NCBI GenBank assembly: GCA_964016885.1
Contig: OZ024765.1
Location: forward strand, 1,984,001 to 2,048,000
Length of the DNA stretch: 64,000 nt
Origin: Eledone cirrhosa
Taxonomy: Eukaryota
Direction: 5' to 3'
This document shows positions 24,904-39,189 of this stretch, in pieces. Within the stretch, counting starts at the first letter, position 1. Every line of letters starts with the position of its first letter. Both the position numbers and the translations under genes were made by a program. The notes under the pieces were generated by a model. The model saw only the letters and a program-made list of their open reading frames with translations, made no database searches and was not told the DNA's origin.

Positions 24904-25280
24904 TCCCCACCACCACCCCACTCTCAAGAGCGTGAAATTAATAAACATTCGTTGTACTGCCTCTCTGTTTTGTTCCTGTTCAAATTTTCCATTATATATA
25001 TATATATATATTATAGAATACCACAAACTTACGTATTACGTAAGTTGGATTGATGATTCCGGAATCATAGAAACCTATCGGATGTATTGCAGAATATCGT
25101 TCGATTTGTTCAGGTCTGTTGTCTAACCTGATTAGTATTTTCGTTGGTTTGGTATTGTATGATTGGGTTTTGCCTGCCGCAATTTTCAATTGGCCAAGCT
25201 ATCTAAACGTAATGTTATTACTCTAAGGACCTACCCTTATTGAGTGCTTTGCTACTCATTCCTTATTGTATATATATATG

Positions 25281-25312
<32 letters not shown>

Positions 25313-25463
25313 CATATATACATATATATACATATATATATCTAACTACACACACACACACACATGTATATATATATATATGTATATGTGTGTGTAGTTA
25401 GGAAAGTTGGATTATTGGAGATTATCCCTGCATTTGGAAAACAAATAGCCCGCTAGGTGTCAT

Positions 25464-25575
<112 letters not shown>

Positions 25576-25892
25576 GTATTCCAATGTTACTAAGTAGTTG
25601 CATTGGATGGAGTCAACTGACGTCAGAGATTGCTCAACGTATAATAAAGTGTGTTTTCAAATCCGGAGAAAATATGGAGAAAAAATTTACGAAATGGAAA
25701 TGCGGGTATATAGACGACATGGTGTGTTGGCTTACAGTGTACTTTCGGTTTTTGATAATATTTGTGTATTATTCAAATAGCGAGGTATAGGTAACTCATA
25801 CACTATAGAAACAATTGTTACCTAATAAATTCTATATACCCGCATTTCCATTTCGTAAATTTTTTCTCCATATATATATATATATATATATA

Positions 25893-26019
25893 TCCCTGAT
25901 GATTTCTAAAGAATGAAACAGTTCTAGTCCTGTAGAATCTCATCTATATTAAAACTTTTATACTCTGCAATGTATTGAGTACCTTACTTACTGTGGTTAC
26001 TTCCGATTCAACCCGGAAT

Positions 26020-26022
<3 letters not shown>
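25893..26022 (+). mobile_element. Family D element with hammerhead-like motif
   Basis: CTGATGA-TTTC(TAAA)GAAT-GAAAC-AGTTCTA-GTC at 25896-25929; (TA)n on both sides. Confidence 0.6.
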
Positions 26023-26063
<41 letters not shown>

Positions 26064-26827
26064 AACTAACTATGGTGTATTATGGTAGCTGTTGATTTTG
26101 TTTCCACTGGCACCAGTCATGTCCTTTAAACAGGGCCTCCGTGACATCTGGGGGTGGGGATAGGGTAGCGGAGGGGGGTGTTGTAGAGGGAGGGGTGGTG
26201 GAGATAGGGCCGATCCCAGGACCCTCAGAAGCAGGTCTTCTCTGAGCAGTGAAAGGTAAAGCAGATCCCGGGTCATGACCCCTTCTCAAGGTCTCCCTGA
26301 CTAGTTGTTGGCTGGTGGTGGTTGTGGTGGTGTTGGTGGTGGTGTTGGTGGTGATGGTGGTGATGGTGGTGATGGTGGTGTTGGTGGTGATGATGGTGGT
26401 GTTGGTGGTGATGGTGGTGATGGTGGTGATGGTGGTGATGGTGGTGTTGGTGGTGATGATGGTGGTGTTGGTGGTGATGGTGGTATGATGGCTATGGTGG
26501 TGGTAGTGGTGGTGGCAGTGGTATGATGGTAGTGGTGGTGTGGTAGTGGTGGTAGTGGTGGTGGTGGTATGGTGGTGGTAATGGTGGTGGTGGTGGTGGT
26601 GGTAATGGTGGTGGTGGTGGTGGTGGTAGTGGTGGTGGTGGTGTGGTAGTGGTGGTAGTGGTGGTGGTGGTATGGTGGTGGTAATGGTGGTGGTGGTGGT
26701 AATGGTGGTGGTGGTGGTGTTGATTGTGGCATTGGTGGTGGGGGTGGTATGGTGGTAGAGGTGTTAGTGGTGGTATACTGGAGAGAAAGCTGAGAGGTGA
26801 TACCTGACTGGCCCCAATGCTATCCAA

Positions 26828-26932
26828 GGGGTGTGTTGGGTGAGGTAGGGGTGTGTTGGGTGAGGTAGGGGTGTGTTGGGTGAGGTAGGGGTGTGTTGGG
26901 TGAGGTAGGGGTGTGTTGGGTGAGGTAGGGGT
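26828..26932. repeat. 20-bp G-rich minisatellite x5
   Basis: GGGGTGTGTTGGGTGAGGTA repeated. Confidence 0.95.
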
Positions 26933-27014
26933 GTGGGGTATGAAGGGGGCGAGAGGGGAGGACTGACCCAAATGCTTCACACAGAATTTGGTCTACTCAG
27001 CAGAGAAGGGTCAG

Positions 27015-27196
27015 GTGGTAGTGGTGGTGGTAGTAGTGGTAGTAAGAGTAGTGGTGGGGATTGTAATAGATGTGGTAGTAGTAGTAGTAATAGCAGTAGT
27101 AGTAGTAGTAATAGCAGTAGTAGTAGTAGTAGTAGCAGTAGTAGTAGTAGTAGTAGTAGTAGTAGCAGAAGTAGTAGTAGTAGTAGTAATAGTAGG

Positions 27197-27230
<34 letters not shown>

Positions 27231-27232
27231 GC

Positions 27233-27276
<44 letters not shown>

Positions 27277-27305
27277 CAGAAGTAGTAGTAGCAGAAGTAG
27301 TAGTA

Positions 27306-27336
<31 letters not shown>

Positions 27337-27483
27337 AAGTAGTAGTAGTAGTAGCAGTAGTAGTAGTAGTAGTAGCAGTAGTAGTAGTAGTAGTAGTAGT
27401 AGAAGTAGTAGAAGTAGTAGTAGTAGTAGAAGTAGTAGTAGTAGTAGTAGAAGTAGTAGTAGCAGTAGTAGTAGTAGTAGTAA

Positions 27484-27525
<42 letters not shown>

Positions 27526-27650
27526 CAGTAATAGTAGTAGTAGTAGTAGTAGTAGTAATAGTAGTAGCTGCAGTAGTAGCATAGTAGTAGTAGTAGCAGT
27601 AGTAGTAGCAGTAGCAGTAGTAGTAGCAGTAGTAGTAGATGTGGTAGTAG
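27015..27650. repeat. (TAG)n microsatellite
   Basis: Seen directly. Confidence 0.95.
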
Positions 27651-27848
27651 TAAATATTGAACCAGAGAAATGCTTAAGAGTTGTCTAGCTGTAGAAACAG
27701 GAAACCATAGGGTGTCTTGTGTGTGTGTGTGTGTTTATATATATATGTATGTGTATATGTGTGTATATATATATGTATTGTATGTGTGTGTATGTGTGTT
27801 TATATGTATATGTATATATGTATATGTATATATGAGTGTGTATATATA

Positions 27849-27891
<43 letters not shown>

Positions 27892-28484
27892 ATATATATC
27901 TAAATATAAGTATGTATACGTACATACATATATGTATACAGACGTACAGTAGTATGTATATATATACATACATACATCAGCCGTACTAAGAGTGAGAAAT
28001 GAAATTTCATTTTTTCCATGTATATATATATCTATATATATGTATATATATCTATATGTATATATATATATATATATATATCTATATATAGAATATATAT
28101 ATATATATATACATCTATATCTATATATATATATATCTATATATATATACATCTATATCTATATCTATATATATATATATATATATATAACATAATATAA
28201 TATATTTTTTCATTGTACTGTGTTGTTTCCTTTAACATTTTGCATACATATATACACATATATACATATATATATATGTATATTGTTATACACACACACA
28301 GACACACATATATATATACATATATATAAATACATATATATATATAGGTATATATATATATTTATATATATATATGAAGAAAGTCCAAACATGGAAGCAA
28401 GGCCTAGAAACAAGGAGTCTTAAAGTCTACTTCACAAAGACTAATGTCCTATTAAGTAGAAGAGAAAACAGATCCCTCTGATCC

Positions 28485-28958
28485 CCTTGGCAAAATGCCT
28501 TGCTCAGCATAGAGTTATGGCCTTTTACGGGGCAAGTTCAAATCTCGCCAAGGTTAACTTAGCCTTTCATCCTCACGGGGGGCTGATAAAATAAAGTGCC
28601 AGTAATACACTGGGGTAATTGCGGGCCTTGTCCCAAAAGTAGAAACAATTATTACGGAGTCAATAAAATAAAGTACCAGTAATACACTGGGGTAATTGCT
28701 GGCCTTGTCCCAAAAGTAGAAACAATTATTACGGAGTCAATAAAATAAAGTACCAGTAATACACTGGGGTAATTGCTGGCCTTGTGCCAAAAGTAGAAAC
28801 AATTATTACGGGGTCGATAAAATAAAGTACCAGTAATACACTGGGGTAATTGCTGGCCTTGTGCCAAAAGTAGAAACAGTTATTACGGGATCGATAAAAT
28901 AAAGTACCAGTAATACACTGGGGTAATTGCTGGCCTTGTGCCAAAAGTAGAAACAGTT
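28485..28958 (+). mobile_element. tRNA SINE (second family) with its 3' 77-bp unit amplified x5
   Basis: B box AAGTTCAAATC, GCCTTTCATCC domain; (G/A)ATAAAATAAAGT recurs at 28585, 28662, 28739, 28816, 28893. Confidence 0.85.
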
Positions 28959-29000
28959 ATATAATATAGAAATGGCTTCTACGGGACTAGAACTGTTTCA

Positions 29001-29175
29001 TCGTCATCATCATCACCGTTTTATGTCCATTCCTCCGCACTAGCATGGGTTAGACGGGTTGTCCTGTTGTGGGCAATGCCAGGTCGGGTGACCTTGTCTT
29101 ACTCATACAGAACAGATTCTGGCTTGGTTTCTACAGCTGGATGCCCTTCCTAACACCAACCTCATTTACAGTAAG
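29001..29175 (-). mobile_element. RTE-tailed SINE 3' half
   Basis: CATCATC...TAGCATGGGTTAGACGGG...GGATGCCCTTCCTAACACCAACC. Confidence 0.85.
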
Positions 29176-29220
29176 TATTGTATTACTGCATGACGCTGTA
29201 TGTAATATATATATATATAT

Positions 29221-29434
29221 ATAACGAAGGAGTTGTGGTAAGGAACCAGATGGACCATAACGCACCAGAGTACTCAATACTTAGGGTAGTAGAGTGGGTA
29301 ATAGGAAAATGTAAGACCCCGATGGCAGAGCTCAAGCTGTTTCGACGGCTATTTCTTGACCAAAAATTCTATTTTAGTCCAGAAATACCCGTCGAAACGG
29401 CTTGAGTTCCACCATCAGGGTCAGGGTCATACAT

Positions 29435-29440
<6 letters not shown>
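29221..29440. mobile_element. Family A element with diverged fold-back
   Basis: Longer palindrome centre (TTTCTTGACCAAAA...TTTTAGTCCAGAAA). Confidence 0.8.
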
Positions 29441-29483
<43 letters not shown>

Positions 29484-29884
29484 CAGGGTCGATAAAATAA
29501 AGTACCAGTAATGCACTGGGTAATTGCTGGCCTTGTGCCTAAAGTAGAAACAATTATTTACAATAAACGAACACACGTTTATTTCTGAACCAATATTTAG
29601 CTATGTAGTGACAGAGATTTCAATCTCTCTCTGTAAAGGTTTTAAAGTTATATGAAATATAATGTATTTATATGAAACATAATATATTTATATGAAACAA
29701 TGTATTTATTCATGAGTTATACATATATACATTCATTAAACTCCCGAATATCCATCAATATATCTAACAGATAATAAAATAAACGAAGTTGTATCTAGTT
29801 TATGATACACAATAGCACTGAAGTTTTTAGACAAAAGCTGCCTTAAGCGACCCTTGTTGTATGATAGTAAAATGTTTGTTTAAA

Positions 29885-30400
29885 TGTGTTTATATTTATC
29901 TAAAATTCTTCCATCATAATTTTATATACCATTCATTAATTGTATGAATTTGTCTGTGATTCTATGACTGAAAATTGTCTACATTTCATTAAAAGTCTGC
30001 CATCATTATATGTATGTTAGAACCTTTGTTAAGTTATGTTCCAAACACCAGCTTAATAAGACAGTGTCTTTCATTAGAAATATGGTAACAAAATGTTTAA
30101 AAATCTTCCGCTATAATTTGTATGCAAGAACCTTTGTTAAGTTATGTTCCAAACACCAGCTTAATAAGACAGTGTCTTTCATTAGAAATATGGTAACAAA
30201 ATGTTTAAAAACCTTCCATCATAATTTTTCTGCAAGAACCTTTGTTAAGTTATGTTCCAAACACCAGGTTAATAAGACAGTGTCTTTCATTATAAATATG
30301 GTAATGAAAGGGTTAAAGTGTTTATATTTATCTAAAAACCTTTCGTCCTAATTTATGCAAGGACCTTTGTTAAGTTATGTTCCATGGTAGTAAATAGTTT
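29885..30400. repeat. 108-bp tandem array from the piggyBac-like MITE
   Basis: AGAACCTTTGTTAAGTTATGTTCCAAACACC recurs; homologous to the 10102-10685 array. Confidence 0.8.
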
Positions 30401-30624
30401 AATATTTTTTTGTCATAACACTTTATCAGCAGAAGCTATGTGATTGAAACTGGATAGACAAACATTGCTCATCATTGCCAAAGGTGGAGGACCCGTCACA
30501 TTAAATCTATTTTATAACTATTACTAAATCTTAGATAGGATCCAATTTATAGTTTCTCACAGCTTGAAATTTTATTTCCAATATTATATTTTACAGCTGT
30601 ATTTGTTCACATAAAGTGGAAATT

Positions 30625-31022
30625 GGTGGTGTAGTGGTTAGGGTGTTTGGTTTAGGAATGTAAGACAATGAGTTCAATTCCTGGATCACAGGTACAACTC
30701 ATTTTTGTGAGCTGAGTGGACTGGTGTAATGGGAAATCAAATATCTTGCTCAAGGATACAGTGCCCTGCCAGGAATCGAACTCACAACCTTATGATTGTG
30801 AAGTGAAGTCACTAACCACAAAGCCGCACGGCTTCACACAGCAAGTGTATATTCAATTTAAACTCATTTTTGTCAGCTGAATGGACTGGAGCAACGTGAA
30901 ATCAAATGTCTTGCTGAAGGACACAGTGCCCTGCCAGGAATCGAACTAACCACCTTATGATCATGATGAGCTGAAGTCACTAACCAGAACGCCGCCTGGC
31001 TTCACACAGCAAGTGTATATTT
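30625..31022 (-). mobile_element. Duplicated tRNA-CORE SINE 5' halves, plus a + strand tRNA head at 30625-30685
   Basis: Two ~160-bp copies (30697-30853 and 30862-31022) containing TCTTGCT(C/G)AAGGA.AC and GGAATCGAACT. Confidence 0.8.
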
Positions 31023-31529
31023 AATTCAATGTAGAAGAGTCGGGTGGTCTTGTTCATTTTAAGCTTGTCATCTCAGCTTAGAAAGATTGCAGCGCTATAT
31101 AGCAAAGACACTTCTTTAGGCAGACAAGTGTCTCGGTTTTTTGCAGCAAGTGATTTTCTAAGCCTATTTTTAATTTCATGAGGAAGAGCATGTTAATCTT
31201 GCTGGTTCTTAGCTGTGTCATCCCAGCTGGGAACAGTATTTGGCAGTGTTACATAGCAGGAGAAAGTCAAATGGTATCTGGAAATATTTTAATACTCTCC
31301 ATGGTACCTCTATGTAAGATAGTTCCTGTTTATGTTTAAAAGTCATGTATTTAATATGGTGTTGCTACCATCATGACCAACACCACTATCACTGCCACCA
31401 CCACTACACCACCACTACCACCACTACACCACCACTACTACCACTACACCACCACCACCACCACAACAACAACTACTACACCACCACCACCACCACAACA
31501 ACAACAATATCTACACCCAACATACCATC

Positions 31530-32320
31530 TACCACTACTACCTTACCACTGCTACCACCTCTAGTACTACTACCATACCACTGCTACCACCTCTAGTACT
31601 ACTATCATACCACTGTACCACCTCTAGTACTACTACCATACCACTGTACCACCTCTAGTACTACTACCATACCACTGTACCACCTCTAGTACTACCAACA
31701 TACCACTGTACCACCTCTAGTACTACTACCATACCACTGTACCACCTCTAGTACTACCAACATACCACTGTACCACCTCTAGTACTACCACCATACCACT
31801 GCTACCACCTCTAGTACTACTACCATATCACTGTACCACCTCTAGTACTACTACCATACCACTGCTACCACCTCTAGTACTACTACCATACCACTGTACC
31901 ACCTCTAGTACTACTACCATACCACTGCTACCACCTCTAGTACTACTACCATACCACTGTACCACCTCTAGTACTACTACCATACCACTGCTACCACCTC
32001 TAGTACTACTACCATACCACTGTACCACCTCTAGTACTACCACCACAACTACAAACGCATCATATCCCAATTAACTGCTAACTATAATATAACGATATAA
32101 TTACAGTAATTTCACTGTTTCAATAATGAGACATACCACTATACCACTGCTACCATACCACTGTACTACAGCTACCATACCCCTGCTACCACCTCTAGTA
32201 CTACTACCATACCACTGTACCACTTCTAGTACTACCACCACAACTACAAACCCATCATATCCCAATTAACTGCTAACTATAATATAACGATATAATTACA
32301 GTAATTTCTCTGTTTCAACT
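31530..32320. repeat. 31-32-bp minisatellite plus local duplication
   Basis: CCACCTCTAGTACTACTACCATACCACTG(C)TA repeated. Confidence 0.9.
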
Positions 32321-33328
32321 GAGAACAATTTTGAGACACTTTCTCTCTTCTCTTCTATTTCCGGTTCTGTTTAGCGTTTAGAATATGTAGTGACACTTTA
32401 TTAAATATGTGTGTGTGTGTGTAAGTGACTGTGTGTGTGTGTGTCTATATGTGTGTCTGTATGTGTGTGTGTGGGTGTGTGTAAGTGTGTGTGTGTGTCT
32501 ATAAGTGTGTCTGTATGTATATGTGTATGTATGTGTGTATGTGTGTGTTTATATATGTGTGTGTGTGTGTATATGTGTAGGTGCGTGTGTGTGGGTGAGT
32601 GTGTAAGCGTGTGTGTGTGAGTGTGCGTGGGGGTTTGTGTAAGTGTGTGTATGTGTATTAAATTGTGTGTGTATATTTGAATTAAATATGAGTGTATAAG
32701 TATGTATATATGTGTGTGTGTGTATGTGTGTATGTGTGTGTGTGAGTGGGTGTATGTGTAAGTGTGTGTATATATATGCGGGTGTGGGTTTGTGTGTGTA
32801 TGTGGGGGTATATGTGTGTGTATATATGTAGTGGCACTTTATTAAATATGTGTGTATTTGTGTGTGTGAGTGTGTGTGTGGGTGTGGATGTGTCTGTGTG
32901 TCTGTATCTCTGTGTGTGTGTGTGTATAAGTGTGTGCCTGTGTGTGTGTCTGTGAATGTGTGTGTATATGTGTATGTGTATTTGTATTAAATATGTGTGT
33001 ATGAGTATGTGTATATATATATATATGTGTGTGTATTTGTGTGTGTGTGTAAATGTGTTAAATTGTGTGTGTGTCTTTGTATTAAATATCTATGTATGGG
33101 TGTGTATATATGTGTGTGAATGTGTATGTGTGTGAGTCTTTGTATATTTGTATTAACTGTGTGTGTATATATCTGTGTGAATGTGTGTGTGTGTATGGGT
33201 GTGTCTGTGTGTGTGGGTATGTATGTTAGGAAGTATGTTTGTATGTATACATGCAAGTATGTATGTGTGCATATATGCATATATGTGTATGTATGAGGAT
33301 ATGTAGATAATTAGCATGTATATATGTG

Positions 33329-33373
<45 letters not shown>

Positions 33374-33404
33374 ACACTATAATTATATATATATTTGTAT
33401 ATAT

Positions 33405-33680
33405 ATCATCATCATCATCATCATCATCACCGTTTTACGTCCGTTCTTCCACGCTAGCATGGGTTAGACGGGTTGTCCTGTTGTGGGCAGTGTCTGGTCG
33501 GCTGACCATGCCTTGCTCATACAGGAACTGATCTGGCTTGATTTCTACAGCTGGATGCCCTTCCTAACACCAACCTCATTTACAGTGAGTGCTGGGTGCT
33601 TTTTCGTGGCGCCTACACGTCCACTTTACAGTGTGGGCTGGGTGCTTTTTTGCCGTGGCACCTCCACGACCACCTTGCGG
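33405..33680 (-). mobile_element. RTE-tailed SINE 3' half
   Basis: Same body and tail as 46200-46373 and 11091-11205. Confidence 0.85.
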
Positions 33681-33712
33681 TGGGGGGGGGGGGGGCATAT
33701 TGTTTATATGCT

Positions 33713-34352
33713 TCAGCATGTACCCATGGGAGGTCGGGTACCCTGTATTACTGCGTGACGCCAGAAGTCACGGTCGTGTGTCATTGACTTTGAGAGGTGT
33801 AGTTGGGTAAGGTCGGCTTTTATCACCTCATCCCAAGTCATCTTGGGTCTCCCCACTCCGCGGTTTCCATCAACTTCTAGTGCTCTGCACCTTTTTATGC
33901 AGCTGTCATCCTTCATACGCATCACATGTCCATACCAGCGTAACCGCCTCTCCTGCACGCAGCATTTGATTCCTCTTATGCTCAGTCTCTCTCTCAATTC
34001 ATTTATGCTTTGTCGTTCACGTATATTACTGTTACACATCCATCGGAGCATGCAGGCTTCGTTTCTCTCTAATCTACGTAAGTCTTCCACCTTCAGCGCC
34101 CAGGTCTCACTACCATGCAACATCGCTGTTCGGATACACGCATCATACAGTCTGCCTTTCATTCTGAGGGAGAAGCCTTTTGCAGCTAGCAGTGGTAGTA
34201 GTTCCCTAAACTTCTTCCATCCCGTTCTTACCCTAGTTATTGTACTTTCTGAGCACCCACCTCCGTTGCTAATTCGGTCACCTAGGTAGCAGAAGCTGTC
34301 TACTGTTTCTACAGGGCCCTCCCAGAGATTGGTGGTACTTGTTTCCTGTGGC
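33713..34352 (-). mobile_element. RTE-clade LINE 3' fragment with open RT C-terminal frame
   Basis: [15 protein letters not shown]...RVRTGWKKFRELLPLL...MKGRLYDACIRTAMLHGSETW...RRLRWYGHVMRM...GRPKMTW...DRDFWR. Confidence 0.92.
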
Positions 34353-34362
34353 TATGTATATA

Positions 34363-34546
<184 letters not shown>

Positions 34547-34625
34547 ATTATAGGTAGTAAGGTTGCTAGGATGCGTCCATAGGTGGTAAGCCGGTTGAGT
34601 ACTCTATGTCCTTCAGAGCAGAGTA

Positions 34626-34808
34626 TAATAACTGTTTCTACTTTAGGCACAAGGCCAGCAATCACCCCAGTGTATTACTGGTACTTTATTTTATCGACCC
34701 CGTAAGGATGAAAGGCAAAGTCAACCTCGGCGGGATTTGAACTCAGATCGTAAAGGGACGTAACTATGCTGGAAAGCATGGCGTCCGACCCTCTACCGAT
34801 ACTGCCTG
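34626..34808 (-). mobile_element. tRNA SINE (second family)
   Basis: Reverse-complement homolog of 50997-51186. Confidence 0.88.
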
Positions 34809-35029
34809 GAAAACAAAGAACCAGTGATGCATCGGAACTCAATTTGCTACGTATTACAATTGTTTCTCCGGCGAACAGCTTGAGGTGCGATCTGTTTGTG
34901 GAGCGAACCTGACTCTGGATTCACAGGTTCCTCAGATACGTCTAGTGACTTCGAAGCAAATTCTTTTTCTGTTCGACTCCGACCCGTAGAGTTTTTATCA
35001 GTTTAACGCTTATATATATATTTAGAAAA

Positions 35030-35465
35030 CCCGCCAGACAGTTCCATACGAGCAAGACAACCAATTTTGCCACTCGTGGGACATTTCCCGTCTAAACCCA
35101 TGCTAGCGTGGAAGGTAGACGTTAAACGATGATGATGATGATGATGATATATAGGCTGAAGATTAGGCATATTTACAGTATATATAGTAGTCATGTAGGT
35201 GTCACAACAAAAATACCCAGTCCACACTGTAAAGTGGTCATGTAGGTGTCACAACAAAAAAACACCCAGTCCACACTGTAAAGTGGTTGTGTAGGTGTCA
35301 TGACAAAAAGCATCCATTCCACACTGTAAAGTGGTCATGTAAGTGTCACGACAAAAAACACCCAGTCCACTCTGTAAAGTGGTCATGTAGGTGTAGAAAT
35401 CAAGCCGGCATCAGTTCCCGTCCCACCCTTGCAAGCAGGGAAAAAGTGGACGTAAAATGAAATGA
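35030..35465 (+). mobile_element. RTE-tailed SINE pieces with about 4 copies of the 48-bp unit
   Basis: Tail at 35030-35146; array 35187-35392 followed by a second tail. Confidence 0.8.
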
Positions 35466-35533
35466 TGTATATATATATATATGTATATATATATATGTAT
35501 ATAGAAAAACCACAGACCCTCCATCTCAACTCA

Positions 35534-35571
35534 CCTTTTGAAAAGCAGAAGAACTGCGAAACCGGTAAAGG
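35534..35571 (+). ncRNA. Minimal type I hammerhead ribozyme, U3-A8 core variant
   Basis: CCTT-TTGAAAA-GCAG(AAGAA)CTGC-GAAA-CCGG-TA-AAGG: perfect stems I and II, palindromic ACCGGT stem III. Confidence 0.75.
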
Positions 35572-35705
35572 AACCAAATAAATATATATATTTTAAAAAA
35601 AAATAAGACTCCAGTTGCATTTTCGATTTCATCTGTTTTTCTTTATACTTTCACTCGTGTAGGACACCTCGGTTATTTTTCAATTTGTAAAAAAAAAAAC
35701 CTCAC

Positions 35706-35770
<65 letters not shown>

Positions 35771-36844
35771 CATATACACGTATATATATATATACACACA
35801 TATATATACACATATACACGTATATATATATATATATACACATATATACACATATATATACATATATACACATATATATACACATTTATACACATATATA
35901 TACATATATATACACATTTATACACATATATATACATATATACACATATATATACACATTTATACACATATATATACATATATACACATATATATACATA
36001 TATATATACATATATACACATATATACACATATATATATATATACATATAGACCCATATATTTACACATATATACACTCAGTGTAACTATTTATTAGAAG
36101 CTATTACATTTTAAACCGGAAGTTGGTATTTATCAACTGGAGTCAACATAACAACAAAACTGGTTATTTCCGGCTGATTTATCATATATACACATTATAC
36201 ATACATGTATATACATGTATATATATACTACATTCATATGTACATATATACACATATATATTCATATATATAAACACTACATTCACATATATACATATAT
36301 AAATACATATTATACACATACATATACACATATATATATACACACTACATATAGTCATTAATGATATATACACATGTATACACACATATATACACATGTA
36401 TACATATATATATACACATGTATATACATATATATACACATGTTTACACAGATATATACACATGTATACACATATATATACATATATATACACATGTATA
36501 CACATATATATACACATGTTTACACACATATATACACATGTATACACATATATATACACACGTTTACACACATATATACACATGTATACACATATATATA
36601 CACATGTTTACACACATATATACACATGTATACACATATATATATACACACATGTATATGCATATATATATATATACATATACACACATATATATACATA
36701 TATATATATATACATATATATACACACACATATATATATATACACACATATATACATACATATACACACATATATATACATATATATACACATATATATA
36801 CACACACATATATATATATACACACACATATATACATACACATG

Positions 36845-36938
<94 letters not shown>

Positions 36939-37170
36939 TACATAAACTTAAGTATGTACAGCCACAGGGGCAGATACACCAATAACTGCTCATACATGTA
37001 CACACCTGTGTATATATATATATATGTGTGTTTGTATCTATGTGTGTATATATATGTGTGTGTATATAGAAGATTATGTGACAGTAAACACCATTAATTC
37101 AAAGCAGGTTTAATATTAATGTTGAATTTCTGCAAGTAATTCATATACATGTAAACACATTTTCATACAG

Positions 37171-37207
<37 letters not shown>

Positions 37208-37209
37208 CA

Positions 37210-37263
<54 letters not shown>

Positions 37264-38099
37264 CACTGTATACATATATATATGCAGTGTATATACTCTA
37301 CTACAGTCTATATAAACACTACTTAGGTTTCATGAAGGTGTATGGACACCTAACAGAGTATAAATATTTCTGCTGTATACACACATACACCCACACATAT
37401 ATACATACATGTATAAATATATATATATATATACATACACATACATATATATATATATACATACAGACACATATATATATACATACACATATACATATAT
37501 ACACACATACACACACATATATATATACACACACATACATACACACATATACACGTATATATATACACACACATGCACATATGTATACACACACACACAT
37601 ATATATACACACATACACTCACTTATAAACACACACACAGACTTGTATATGCACACACACACACATACACACATATATATATATATATACACACACATGT
37701 TCATACATATATATATATAATATAAAAACACATATACACATATACACATATATAATACATAAATAAACATAAATAAACATATATGCATATATACATTTAT
37801 ACAACCCTAAATACACATACACATATATACAAATGTATGAATGTATGTATGTTTATATGTATGTATATATGTATGTATATATATAAGTATGTGTATATGT
37901 ATATTTCTATGTATGTATATTTATATGTATTTAAGTATGTATGTACGTATACTTGTATGTATGTATATATGTATATATGTATGTATGTATCGATGTATAT
38001 ATATATGTATATATATATATACGATATTAAATAAACGGATATATATATATATATGTATTTATGTATCTAAATATGTATGTATGTACATATACCTGCATG

Positions 38100-38140
<41 letters not shown>

Positions 38141-38329
38141 TTATAACTGCATGCCTGTATGTATGTATATATATATATATATATATATGTACTTATAACT
38201 GCATGCCTGTATGTATGTATATATATATATATGTATGTATGTAAGTTTATGTCTATGTATATCTCTATGTATGTATGTATATATATATATATGTATTTAA
38301 GTATGTATGTATGTACATATACCTGTATG

Positions 38330-38400
<71 letters not shown>

Positions 38401-38531
38401 ACTTATAACTGCATGCCTGTATGTATGTATATATATATATGTATGTATGTAAGTTTATGTCTATGTATATCTCTATGTATGTATGTATATATATATATGT
38501 ATTTAAGTATGTATGTAGGTACATATACCTG

Positions 38532-38572
<41 letters not shown>

Positions 38573-39151
38573 GCATGTATTAATTTACCTGCATTTTCAG
38601 GTGCTCAAATAATTATATGTATTGGGTGTTGGCCGGATTTCCGTCAGCGAAACTGGTGCAGCTTCCATCGTCAGCAGCATATAGAAGACATTGCCAATTA
38701 TAGTCACTTTGGGATATCTTGCTGTCGGAAGTGTAGGAAACCATGTGTAACGACCGGTGGACCTCAACAGTATTTGGTGAAATCTCACCAAAGCAAACAA
38801 AGCAAACATGCAGGGGCATCGTTTGCCTTAAAATTGGGGAGGTTGAAAAACATACATTTGTTGATTCTTAAAGTAATTGTGTGTGTCGGGGTGACAGATC
38901 ACACCTTTGCAGGTTTAGCTGGCCTCCTGCAAGGTATATCTCGTTGGAGGTGTCTTGGGTGATTTAATGATAGGGACCCCCCCCATCCAAAATATTTTTG
39001 TTTTTAAAATCCACTGTCGATACATACACCAGGATTTTTCATTCTGATGACTGAAAACAAATTTTGTTTGCTTTCAAGAAACCACTGGTAAATGAAATAA
39101 TTATCTTATGTTGTTTATTACATAACTAAATATATATATATATATATATGA

Positions 39152-39185
<34 letters not shown>

Positions 39186-39189
<4 letters not shown>

